Positions 28,859 to 38,436 of a stretch of DNA of 64,000 bases are shown one piece after another. Location: positions 4,076,499 through 4,140,498 of the forward strand of contig OZ242008.1 of NCBI GenBank assembly GCA_965204735.1, written 5' to 3'. Position 1 is the stretch's first letter, and each line of letters starts with the position of its first letter. A program made the translations under genes and the position numbers. The notes below the pieces were generated by a model, which searched no databases, had not been told where the DNA came from, and saw only the letters and a list, made by a program, of their open reading frames with translations. This DNA is from Longimicrobiales bacterium. GTDB lineage: Bacteria > Gemmatimonadota > Gemmatimonadetes > Longimicrobiales > Gaopeijiaceae.

Positions 28859-30421
28859 ATGGCCAAAACTCCAGCCAACCAATCGCTAGGGCCTTCGGCT
28901 CAAGAATCGGCTGCCGCGACGCCCGTGAAGGCCGCCGCGACGCTGGCCGCGGCGCCCGAGGCGTTCGTGTCCACGACGGCGATCAGCCGCGCCGTCTCGC
29001 GGGCCGTGCGGGGCGGCAAGCTACGGAAGATCGGCTCCCGCCTCTACACCAGCAACTTGGTGGACCCGGCCGAAGTCGTGGTGCGGCGCAACCTCTGGGG
29101 GATCGTCGCGGGATACTTCCCAGGCGCAGTGGTGGCCGACCGCACGGCGTTCGAGATCGGCCCAGCCCCGGACGGCTCCGTCTGCATTGCGGCCGCGCGG
29201 GGGCGCGAGATCGAGCTGCCCGGAGTCGTCCTCCGTCCTCGCCGAGGGGCGGGGCCGGTCGAGCTGGACCAGCCGTTCATGACCGGACTTCACCTGAGCT
29301 CCCGGGCGCGGGCGTTCTTGGAGAACATGCGGCCCAGCCGGGCACGGGGCGGGCGCGTGTCGCGAACCCTGTCCCGGCGCGAGATCGAAGAACGCCTGGA
29401 CGCCGTGACCTCGTTGTCGGGCGAAGCGGCGGTCAATCGGCTGCGCGAACAAGTGCGGATCGTGGCGACGGCACTGGACATGCGCGACGAGGCGGCAGCG
29501 CTGGACGCCTTGATCGGCGCGCTCCTGGGAACCCGGTCAGCCCGGCTGTCCTCCCCCGCGGCCCAGGCACGCGCGAGAGGTCGTCCTTTCGACTCCGGCC
29601 GGGTCGCCCTCTTCGAGACGCTGGATCGCGCGCTCCGCGACTACCCGCCCCGAACTGTTCCCGCCCCGCCCCGCGACACTGCCGGCCGCAAGACTCTGGC
29701 CTTCTTCGAGGCGTACTTCTCGAACTTCATTGAAGGCACCGAGTTCAGCATCGAAGAAGCCGCCGGAATCGTCTTTGACGGCAATGTCCCAGCGGAGCGA
29801 CCGGCGGACGCCCACGACGTGACGGGCACCTGGCGCCTGGTGTCCGACGACGCCGAGATGGCCCGGACCCCGGACAGCTTTCGCGACCTTGAAGCGCTGC
29901 TCCAGTCGCGCCACCGAACGATCATGGGCGGGCGGCCCGACACGCGCCCCGGCGAGTTCAAGTCCGTCTCCAACCGAGCCGGGGCGACGGTGTTCGTGGA
30001 CCCCGCATTGGTGCGCGGCACGCTGGAGCAGGGCTTCGGACATTGGCGGAGTCTCGAGACGCCCTTTCAGCGCGCCGTCTTCGCGATGTTCCTCGTGACC
30101 GAGGTCCACCCCTTCGCGGACGGCAACGGACGAGTGGCCCGCATCATGATGAACACGGAGCTGGTGGCCGGCGGCGAACACCGCATCCTGGTGCCCACGG
30201 TCTTCCGCGCCAACTACGTCGCCGCGCTCCGAGCCCTGTCGCGAACGGGACGCCCTGAGCCGCTGGTCCAAGTGATGGACTACGCCCGCCGATGGACCGC
30301 CCAGGTCCCGTGGCGCTCGCTGGACGAAACGCGCCGCGAACTCGAGCAGTGCCACGCATTCCTGGACGCGGAAGACGCCGAAGCCGAGGGGAAGCGCTTG
30401 AGGATGCCTGCGGCTTCTTGA
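28859..30421 (+). CDS. Fic-domain protein with N-terminal extension
   Basis: Canonical Fic motif HPFADGNGRVAR; FFEAYFSNFIEGT. Confidence 0.92.
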   Translation: MAKTPANQSLGPSAQESAAATPVKAAATLAAAPEAFVSTTAISRAVSRAVRGGKLRKIGSRLYTSNLVDPAEVVVRRNLWGIVAGYFPGAVVADRTAFEIGPAPDGSVCIAAARGREIELPGVVLRPRRGAGPVELDQPFMTGLHLSSRARAFLENMRPSRARGGRVSRTLSRREIEERLDAVTSLSGEAAVNRLREQVRIVATALDMRDEAAALDALIGALLGTRSARLSSPAAQARARGRPFDSGRVALFETLDRALRDYPPRTVPAPPRDTAGRKTLAFFEAYFSNFIEGTEFSIEEAAGIVFDGNVPAERPADAHDVTGTWRLVSDDAEMARTPDSFRDLEALLQSRHRTIMGGRPDTRPGEFKSVSNRAGATVFVDPALVRGTLEQGFGHWRSLETPFQRAVFAMFLVTEVHPFADGNGRVARIMMNTELVAGGEHRILVPTVFRANYVAALRALSRTGRPEPLVQVMDYARRWTAQVPWRSLDETRRELEQCHAFLDAEDAEAEGKRLRMPAAS

Positions 30422-30469
30422 TTTGGTGCCGTCCCCGAGCACCCCGCGGTCTCGGGTCGGGCGGTTCGG

Positions 30470-32215
30470 CTACCGTGAAGGTACGCCCAGCAACTTGGTG
30501 ATTTCGTCTCTCAGGACATCACGGCGAGTATCGTAAAACAACTTGAAGTCGGTCATCTCCCTGGGTACGTCACCAAGTCTGTGAAGATCGCAGTACGACT
30601 GGCGCTGTTCTTCGCTCATCTCTCCGCCCATCCAGTCCGCCGGCAACTTGGTGCCCTTGGTGACGTTCTCCGTGCCGGGGAGCAACTGAAGATTGGCTAG
30701 CCGATCGCGACAGTCAACGACGTCCTCCCACTCGTCTTCTGGCAGCCCAGCCTTCCGTAACTGGGTCCTGGTGAACCCAGCCTTCGGAAAGACATGGTCG
30801 ATGTGGAAGAAAAAGCTGTCGACGTTGACGAACGGAAAGAGGAGTGAGAGCAGAGCAAACGTCCGGGAGTCGCCGTACTTGATATCCGCCAGGTCCTCGA
30901 TCTCTTCGGGCTCGAAGGCCAAGGATCGACCATGACGAGTCATCTCCCTTCTTATGTCGATCACAGGGAAAGGTCCGCTACTCTCCCTGATGACACTCCG
31001 CAATCCTGTGAGCAGGGTATCCAGACCGCTTCCCCATATTCCCGATTTGAGGATGCTTCGCACCAACCAGCCACGGATTTCGTTTCTATCTTCCGCATAA
31101 TCCCTGCTCGTCAGAAAAGTATCTGTGTGATCCCTCGTATGAATGTAATAGGCTATCGGCAAGACCGCGCTGTCTGCGCGCAGCGTCCGGCTGCTGAACC
31201 CAAAGCTAGCAATCAAGCGAACAGTCCGTACGAGAGAGTCCTTGATGCTCTGCCACGACTTTTCTAGAGTGGTCATGTTCCGATTGTTGAAATTGCCGAC
31301 CTTGAATCTTATGCTCCCAATGTCGCTCATCATTAGACCCGCCTTGAGAACCCAATCCTTTGAGAACGAAAACCGTCCTTGGTGTCGAATGTCTTGTACC
31401 AGACTGCGAATCTCTTTGCGTGCGTCGTGGTCCTTGAATGCCGCTACGGCGACAGAAAGCAAGAGATCAGAGTAAGACAACGGCGTGCCGCCGCTGTTCA
31501 TCCGAATGAAGATCTGGAGCACTTTCTCGAGATCTTGGCTGTCTTCTTCATAGTACGCCACGACTTGGTCCTTATGAGTCACTTGATACAGACGCCACAG
31601 TGCTCCCAGTCCGCCAGTCAGGGCTTTTTGACTTGGGTGCTTGTCCAGCCAGTCCTGCATTTCTACAGGGGAGGTCATGGACAGGATATCCGACACCCTA
31701 AACCAGCACTCGTCGGAATCGGCGTTGTCAAGGTTGCCCTTGGTCAAGAATGCAAAGCGGTATCTCCTGCCTCCCCCGTCTTCGTGGGGCTCCCACAGCA
31801 AGTCCAGGTGGAGATGCCGAATAGGAAAAGCACTGGGATCATTCCAGCGTCGATAGGGCAGCTTCCAAGCCATGCTTCCTCGGAAGCCAATGTTGAGCGC
31901 AGTTAGACGTTGCTGTCCGTCAAGCACTGCCGTGAGTGGTTGTCCCGGCATCGGCTCGTATGATCTGCCGTAGGGCAGCTTGCTTTGGTGATAGTTTAGT
32001 ACGAAGTCGTAGTAGGTGTAATCGCCGCTGTTCTTGGGCTCTACGTTCCAGTACAGGAAGGTCCCGAACGGATAGCCCTGCATCAGGCTGTCGAACAACC
32101 CGCAGATCTGGCGAGGCCGCCACACGAATTCGCGCTGGATTGCGGGCAGAACCAGCCGATTGCTGTGGACCGCATCAAGTGTCTTCTTGATGGTATGGCC
32201 AGTCTGGTACGACAC
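30470..32215 (-). CDS. DUF262 + DUF1524 protein (GmrSD/SspE-like modification-dependent nuclease)
   Basis: LPAIQREFVW, LDGQQRLT, FIRMNSGG; C-terminal HNH-like IDHVFP...NLQLL...EN. Confidence 0.88.
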   Translation of the reverse strand: MSYQTGHTIKKTLDAVHSNRLVLPAIQREFVWRPRQICGLFDSLMQGYPFGTFLYWNVEPKNSGDYTYYDFVLNYHQSKLPYGRSYEPMPGQPLTAVLDGQQRLTALNIGFRGSMAWKLPYRRWNDPSAFPIRHLHLDLLWEPHEDGGGRRYRFAFLTKGNLDNADSDECWFRVSDILSMTSPVEMQDWLDKHPSQKALTGGLGALWRLYQVTHKDQVVAYYEEDSQDLEKVLQIFIRMNSGGTPLSYSDLLLSVAVAAFKDHDARKEIRSLVQDIRHQGRFSFSKDWVLKAGLMMSDIGSIRFKVGNFNNRNMTTLEKSWQSIKDSLVRTVRLIASFGFSSRTLRADSAVLPIAYYIHTRDHTDTFLTSRDYAEDRNEIRGWLVRSILKSGIWGSGLDTLLTGLRSVIRESSGPFPVIDIRREMTRHGRSLAFEPEEIEDLADIKYGDSRTFALLSLLFPFVNVDSFFFHIDHVFPKAGFTRTQLRKAGLPEDEWEDVVDCRDRLANLQLLPGTENVTKGTKLPADWMGGEMSEEQRQSYCDLHRLGDVPREMTDFKLFYDTRRDVLRDEITKLLGVPSR

Positions 32216-32438
32216 AAGACCTCCTCATGGTCTCTATGGGGCGAGGTGTGGGCGCTGCGGGCTTCCACGTGAGCAGAACTTCATTCAATCAGTCAGAAGT
32301 CTACAGCACTGAGTGCGCGGTGTCAACGACACGGCATGGCCAGCCTGTCAAGCCAGTGGATACACCTCCTCGTAGCCGAGAGCCGTCCGGGGAGAACGCT
32401 CGACCCGTCGCTGGACCTCGATTCCGATCCGCCGACCG

Positions 32439-33998
32439 TCACACGTACTCCCGGCGCCACTTGCCGAACTCCCGCTCGAGTTCCTTCATCAGCGACCGAC
32501 ATTCGCCTCCCGGTCGCCCGGCCTCCGCGTGGGCGACGACCTGGCAGAGGTCGGTCGGGTCCCACCCCAGCGGCTCGGCCAGATTCCGAAGCTTGACGTC
32601 CGCAATCGCGGATGGACCGTCCGCTGCCCGGTCGTACACGGCTTCCAGGTAGTCCATGCGGTCCGCAAGGTCACCGGCTTCGACGTGCAGCTGATCCGCC
32701 GTCGCTTCCAATCTGCGTCGCAGCAGTCTCCAAACCCAGACGGCCGGTGCGTCGTCGCCGGGAAGGAAGACTACGGTCGCTGTCCGCCGCGCCCTGTCGG
32801 CGATCTCGGCCTCGACACCGGTGTCGCGCCGGTCGCCGCCCAGAACGAACACGAAGTTGCCGATCTCCCCGAACTTCATGAACGCGGCGGCACGGCCGGG
32901 AAACTCGGAGGCGTCGGCGTCCCGGCCGATCCTCACGCACTCCCTTCGAGTCCGAAGCCGTGGGAACAGGACATCGAAGACGCCGCGGAGGATCGCTTCC
33001 GCCGTCTCGTCCTCGCACAGCAGGCTGAGCGCGTTCCGGGCGCGACCGTAGAGCGCGTCCTGCACGATGTCGCGATAGGGCGCGACGGCCTCGACGCGCC
33101 CCTGCGCATCGCGCTCGAGGAATACCCGGCCAAGGGGGTGAATGGACTCCAGCACGACAGGGCTGTGAGTCGTCACGATGATCTGGAGGCCATTCAGCAC
33201 GGACAACTCCTGCAATTGAAGCATGAGAAGCTGCTGCACCCAAGGATGCAATCCAGCTTCGACCTGGTCGATCAGAACCAGCGCGTCGCGCAGATGCGCA
33301 ATCTCTTGGGACAAGCGCAGTATGGCCCGCTCGCCGGCGGCCATGTGGAGCTCCGAGTACGCCGCGCCTCCCTTCTGTCTGGCGAACAACAGGCTGTGGC
33401 CGTCTCGCGCAAGGTTGGTCACTCCCGAGTACTTGAACGGCAACATCTTCTCGGCAAAGTCCGTCTCCCAGAGCGTCAACGGTCTCTCCTTCGTCGCAGA
33501 CCGTCCCCGGGTCATGCCGGCGACCGAGTCGCGAACCTCCGCCGGGTCGTCGAGGTTCCTCGTCACGTGCACGTGGACGGGCCGCTCGGGCTGGGACGCG
33601 TTCCACCGACCGTAGAACGTCTGCCGCCAACCACTGGTGCGGCGCCACCGCATGGCCCGTCCCCCGTTCGGGGTGGAGTACTCGAACTCGATGGCGGCGG
33701 GCCCCCGAACATCCCTGTACGTCCCCCGCCTGGGCCGATAGTCCGCGAACAGCGTGGCCGGCAGAAAGTCTCCGTGGCGCGCTCCGGGCACTCGGTAGGC
33801 GCAGGCTACCGCGGCCAGGACCGTGGACTTGCCGGTGGCGTTGCCGCCGCCGACCGCGACGACCGGCGAGATGAACCCCACAGCCAAGTCGTCGATTCCC
33901 CGAATGCCTTGCAGGCGAACCTGCGTCAAGAAGTGGGGCAGATCGGCCCTCTTTGCCAGCACACGGTCCCAGAGGCTCCGGAGGCGTCTCTCGATCAC
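32439..33998 (-). CDS. ABC ATPase fused to TOPRIM-like domain (OLD-like), degenerate motifs
   Basis: GGNATGKST, HMAAGE, LIDQVEAGLHP, TTHSP; C-terminal LCEDETAE...VLGGD. Confidence 0.78.
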   Translation of the reverse strand: MIERRLRSLWDRVLAKRADLPHFLTQVRLQGIRGIDDLAVGFISPVVAVGGGNATGKSTVLAAVACAYRVPGARHGDFLPATLFADYRPRRGTYRDVRGPAAIEFEYSTPNGGRAMRWRRTSGWRQTFYGRWNASQPERPVHVHVTRNLDDPAEVRDSVAGMTRGRSATKERPLTLWETDFAEKMLPFKYSGVTNLARDGHSLLFARQKGGAAYSELHMAAGERAILRLSQEIAHLRDALVLIDQVEAGLHPWVQQLLMLQLQELSVLNGLQIIVTTHSPVVLESIHPLGRVFLERDAQGRVEAVAPYRDIVQDALYGRARNALSLLCEDETAEAILRGVFDVLFPRLRTRRECVRIGRDADASEFPGRAAAFMKFGEIGNFVFVLGGDRRDTGVEAEIADRARRTATVVFLPGDDAPAVWVWRLLRRRLEATADQLHVEAGDLADRMDYLEAVYDRAADGPSAIADVKLRNLAEPLGWDPTDLCQVVAHAEAGRPGGECRSLMKELEREFGKWRREYV

Positions 33999-34257
33999 CA
34001 GGTCGTCCGTAGCCGCTGGCTGGCCGGCGTCACTTCAGGACCTCCCAGCGCCCAGCCTTCGTCGGACCAACGTGCCGAATGATCCCGGCTTTCCGCAGCT
34101 TGGCCAGATGGTACTTGACGCCACTCGGCGTGATGCCGATGCGTTCGGCCAGAAGGCGTCGCGTGATGCGCGGTTCGGCTTCAAGGAGCGTCAGGATGCG
34201 CTCTCGCGTAGTCGTCGGCAGGGGCTCGGCTTCTTGCTCTTGGACACGAGGGCACGG

Positions 34258-34380
34258 TTCTTGGGTAGTCGCGGTCGGTTCTTGGGTAGTCCAGGCCGGT
34301 TCTTGGGCAGTTTCTTGGGCAGTCGTAGCTGTTTCTTGGGTAGTTTCTTGGGTAGTCGCCTCCAGTTCTTGGGCAGTCGT
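34258..34380 (-). repeat. Tandem TTQE-type coding repeats in the linker before the HTH
   Basis: Recurrent TTCTTGGG(T/C)AGT units encoding TAQE/TTQE. Confidence 0.85.
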
Positions 34381-35332
34381 GGTCGTGGCCGTGCCGTTCT
34401 GGGCCGTGGTTTCCCTCGAGCCGGCCCCCACGTCGGCCATCCGATAGGAAGCCGAGAACGGGAACTCCACCCACAACCCGTCCGGCTCGACTCGCCACTG
34501 CGGCAGTGGACAACCGGCCGCCTCGCAGCTCTCGACGACTCGCTGGACGCCTCGGCCCCAAGCTTCGATCAGCCCCGCCCGGAAGAACGCATTGGCAATC
34601 ACGGGGTTGTACGGCTGGGAAGGGTGGCTCCCCATCAGCTTCTCCAGCGACCATCCCTCCGGCAGACGGCCTGGATTCCAAAGCACGATCCGGTCGTCGT
34701 AGACTCGAATTTGACTGGGCGTCGGACGAGCGTAGTCCCTGTGAATCACGGCGTTGACGACCGCCTCGCGCATCGCGTCCGCCGGTACGGGGAACGTCTC
34801 GACCCGCTTCACGCCCCGGTACGACACCAATGCTCTTGTGTACTTCGTGAAGAGAAGGTCCACGGTGCGGTCCACTTGCGTGAACAGGGTGCCTTCAATC
34901 ACGTCCTGAAACACCAGTTCCGAGCCATGGAAGTACCCGATCTTTACATATGCTTCGCCCCAGAAGCGATGCGGCGCCGGATGGAAGAGCAATACCGCCG
35001 CCCGCTTGAGGTGCCTGCCTTCCCGCAGGTTGAGCTTGTCGACCACTCCAGCATCCGATTCGTCCGCGACGGCCGGGGACAACCGTTCGCTGGTCGCTGC
35101 TAGACGCCGAAAGTTCTCGATCGCCCGTCCGTCCAAGTCGTTGATGCCGACTTCCGGCATCGCCACGTCGTCCCATGTCTTGCCGTGCTTCCGCATCAGG
35201 AACCGGCTCAAGGCAGCGCCGTGAAGCACCTGTTTCGTTGATCCGCTCCGGTAGTGAAACTCTCCCTTGTAGCTGATCGGATTCGGGTAGGGACCAACCA
35301 CGATCTGCAGGTACTCGGCGCCGTCCTTGGAC

Positions 35333-37131
35333 CCCGCCTTATTCACCAGAGGTGCGGTGAGAGGGATGGCGTGCGGCGGCGAGGCCGATAGGTTCAAGGT
35401 GTCCGGCCAAGAACTGGCGACCTGCCGCTCGCAACGCCGAGGTGAAGATAGTGAGTGCTCCGTTTCGATTCAACAAGTCGGTGCGCGTCGAGGTCCGTCC
35501 CGACAAGGTGACGGGCGACGCGGGAGCCCTGCTGTGCCGCGAGGTGCTGAGCGCCAGCGGCGTGGACCGCTGGATGAGCGAGCGCATCGACGACGCACGG
35601 GACCCGCGCCGGATTCGCCATTCGATGGCGGACCTGGTGCGGACGGCGTGCCTGCTGGCCGCCCAGGGCCGGCGAGACCACGACGACGCGACGGTGTTGC
35701 GCGACGATCCCGCGTTCCGGTTGGCAACCAGCGGGCGGGCAGGCACGACGCCGTTGGCCGACGGGCATGGCCTGGCGTCGCAGCCGACGCTGTCGCGGCT
35801 GGTGGCGACGCTGACACGGGGCGCCAACCCGGAGGTGCTGCGGGAGGGGCTGGTGCGGCTGGCGGGCTGGCGGCTGCGGGCGCGCAACGGAGGCTGCCGA
35901 TCGCCGCAGATGGTGGTGGACCTGGACAGCCTGCCGATCAAGGTGCACGGCCGGCAGCCGGGCAGCAAGTGGAACGGCTACTTCAAGGCGACGGGGTACC
36001 ATCCGCTGGTGGCGTCGTCGGGCGAGACGGGCGACTTGCTGGACGCTCGCCTGCGGGAGGGCTCGGCCCACACGGCTGAGGGCGGGATGGAGTTCGTGCT
36101 GGCGGTGCTGGACCGAGTGGAGCGGCACTGCTGCCGCAAGGCGGTGGTGCGGATGGACGCGGGCTACCCGGCCGAACCTCTGATGCGGGCGCTCGAGGAC
36201 CGGCGCACGCCGTACGTGGCGCGGATCAAGGCCAACTCGGTGCTGGACGAGTTGGCGGAGCCGGGCGTGGACGAGGCGGTGCTGGCGGCTTGGGACGACG
36301 AGGGGGAAGAGGGGGACGAGCGGGAAGAGGCGCGGATGTGGACCTGGGAGCCCGAGTACTACCGAGCCGCTTCGTGGTCGCGGGCGCGGCGCGTCGTGTG
36401 CGTGATCAAGGAGCGGCCCGGCGAGTTCTTCCCGGAGAAGTTCTGGCTGATCACGTCGATGTCGGCCGACGAGATGCCCGCCGCCGCGCTGCTGGCGCTC
36501 TACCGGAAGCGGGGCAAGGCCGAGGGCCACATGGGGGAGCTGAAGAGCGTCGTGGACCCGGCGTTGTCGTCGTCGCCGCGGCCCAAGCGCTGCTACCGGG
36601 GCCGACCGGTCGCGACGCGCGGCCCGAGCGTCGACGCGTTCGCCTGCAACGAGGTGCGCCTGCTCGTCGCGCTCTTCGGCTACCAGATCATGCACGTGCT
36701 GCGCACCTCGCTGGAACGGGCCACCAAGACCGGCTGGAGCCTGCGCCGGCTGCTGGAGCGCGTCTTGCGCGCGCCGGCCCGGTTCACCGTGTCGGGCCGG
36801 CGCGTGACGACGATCGTGGGCCGCTCCGCGCAACACTGGGCGCTGGCCGTCCGGCAGCTGTCCTTGTTGCCGGACCCGGGCGGCTAGCCACGAAGAACCG
36901 ACTGCCAACCGCCCTCCTGTTCGACGATCCCGGGTCGCCCCGACGCCCCCGTGCGTCCAAGTGCGCTCCGACCGGCCAGGAACGCCTGCCCAAGTCTCGC
37001 TCCGCCCGCCCCATGCTCCCGAATTGGCCCCATTCACGCCGAATTGGCCCCCATTCACGCACTGTCCGCGCCTCGCCGCCGCCCAACCTCCACAAATCCC
37101 GTCCGCACGCCCACTTCATGAATAAGGCGGG
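35333..37131 (+). mobile_element. IS1380-family insertion sequence, 1799 bp
   Basis: Perfect 13-bp terminal IR CCCGCCTTATTCA / TGAATAAGGCGGG. Flanking direct repeat TTGGAC at 35327-35332 and 37132-37137. Confidence 0.95.
35442..36887 (+). CDS. IS1380-family DDE transposase
   Basis: TGDAGALL, LASQPTLSR, VDLDS, RMDAGY, YRKRGKAEGHMGELK. Confidence 0.93.
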   Translation: MKIVSAPFRFNKSVRVEVRPDKVTGDAGALLCREVLSASGVDRWMSERIDDARDPRRIRHSMADLVRTACLLAAQGRRDHDDATVLRDDPAFRLATSGRAGTTPLADGHGLASQPTLSRLVATLTRGANPEVLREGLVRLAGWRLRARNGGCRSPQMVVDLDSLPIKVHGRQPGSKWNGYFKATGYHPLVASSGETGDLLDARLREGSAHTAEGGMEFVLAVLDRVERHCCRKAVVRMDAGYPAEPLMRALEDRRTPYVARIKANSVLDELAEPGVDEAVLAAWDDEGEEGDEREEARMWTWEPEYYRAASWSRARRVVCVIKERPGEFFPEKFWLITSMSADEMPAAALLALYRKRGKAEGHMGELKSVVDPALSSSPRPKRCYRGRPVATRGPSVDAFACNEVRLLVALFGYQIMHVLRTSLERATKTGWSLRRLLERVLRAPARFTVSGRRVTTIVGRSAQHWALAVRQLSLLPDPGG

Positions 37132-37416
37132 TTGGACTTGAGGTTCACGTCCACGATGATGCCCAGCAACGACTGAATCTTGTTGGGGATCTCCTCCAGG
37201 AGTCGGACAATGTCCTTCACGCCCACGACCTTGCCCCGATCGTCCCTTCCGACTTCCAGCACGCCGCCGTGCGCGTTTGCAAAGCCGCACACCCACTTCA
37301 GATGCTCGTCCCGCCAAGACGTCTTCCATTCCAGGTTTTGGCTCTCGGCCATGACGCCCTTCCGAGACAGCGTTATCGGCTTGACGAGTCCAGCGCGGTC
37401 TAGTCGGTTCCCTCTG

Positions 37417-38436
37417 CTACGCGCCCGGCACGTAAGCCACGATCCTCAACGGCCCACCGCTCCCGTTCTCGATCTTCATCGGCAGCGCGACCACCGCCGC
37501 TCCCACAGCTGGCAACTCGTCCAGGTTCGTGACGTTCTCGAAGCCGGCAATCTCCTGGGCGTACAGGATCACGTGGGACTCGAAGTTGACGGACTGGCCG
37601 TAGTCGATGCTGGGCGTGTCAATGCCCACGGCGGCCACGGCCCGGTTGTCCACCAGCCACTGGGCCGCGTCGGGGCCGATCCCGGGGAAGTGCAGCTCGG
37701 GCACGGCGGCGGGACCGGTGGCCGAAGTCCCCAGGTAGGCCGCGCGGTCGCTCCATCGCTCCGACCAGCCCGTCCGCACCAGCAGGATCGAGCCGTCGGC
37801 GATGCGCCCGTGCTCGGCCTCCCACGCTTCCAGATCGGCGGCGGAGAGTTGGTAGTCGGGCGTCGCCTGGGCCGACACGTCCACGACCGACGCGGGCGCG
37901 ATCAGGCTCGACAGCGGCACTTGGTCGGCCGTCCGCCGGCCCTCGGCGAAGTGGCTGGGGGCGTCCAGGTGGGTCCCCCCGTGCTCGGCGGAGGCGAAGG
38001 CGTAGGAGGAGTAGAACCAGCCGGCCTCGGTCGTGCCGTAGGCGAGCTCGGTGTGCTGGAAGCCGGCGGTGTCGGTAGGCCAGTAGATCGTCGAAGGGCC
38101 GAAGGAGTGGGAAAGGTCCACCCAGCGTCCGGCGCTGCCGTCGAAGGCGGCCAGAGGGTTGTCGGGCGGGGACGCGGCGGGCTGGCAACCGGTCAAGAGA
38201 AGTACGGCCAGAGTGCCGACGAAGCTTGGGAACACCGACGGCCTGGACACCGACGCCCCGGACACCAACCGCCCCGACGCCGACGGCCCCGATGCCGACC
38301 GCCCGGACACCAACCGCCCCGACACCGACGCCCCCGACGCCGACCGCCCAGACGCCAACGGCCGGAAACCGCCGGAAGGTCGCGGGCCGACCGCAGCGAC
38401 CCGCCGACGAGGCACCCGCGGCGCCGCAATCGCCAT
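37417..38436 (-). CDS. Cyclase family (kynurenine formamidase-like) lipoprotein
   Basis: EHGGTHLDAPSHF, LVRTGW, GIDTPSID, SGGPLR; lipobox LLTGC; TGATG coupling. Confidence 0.9.
   Translation of the reverse strand: MAIAAPRVPRRRVAAVGPRPSGGFRPLASGRSASGASVSGRLVSGRSASGPSASGRLVSGASVSRPSVFPSFVGTLAVLLLTGCQPAASPPDNPLAAFDGSAGRWVDLSHSFGPSTIYWPTDTAGFQHTELAYGTTEAGWFYSSYAFASAEHGGTHLDAPSHFAEGRRTADQVPLSSLIAPASVVDVSAQATPDYQLSAADLEAWEAEHGRIADGSILLVRTGWSERWSDRAAYLGTSATGPAAVPELHFPGIGPDAAQWLVDNRAVAAVGIDTPSIDYGQSVNFESHVILYAQEIAGFENVTNLDELPAVGAAVVALPMKIENGSGGPLRIVAYVPGA

Larger units (their letters stand above)
34030..37352 (-). pseudogene. AlbA_2 (Schlafen) + HATPase_c_4 + HTH protein interrupted by IS1380
   Basis: Removing 35333-37137 rejoins ...VNLKS-KDGAEY... 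in frame. Motifs ESQNLEWK, GFANAHGG, REAVVNAVIHRDY, IEAWGRG and a C-terminal HTH. Confidence 0.92.
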
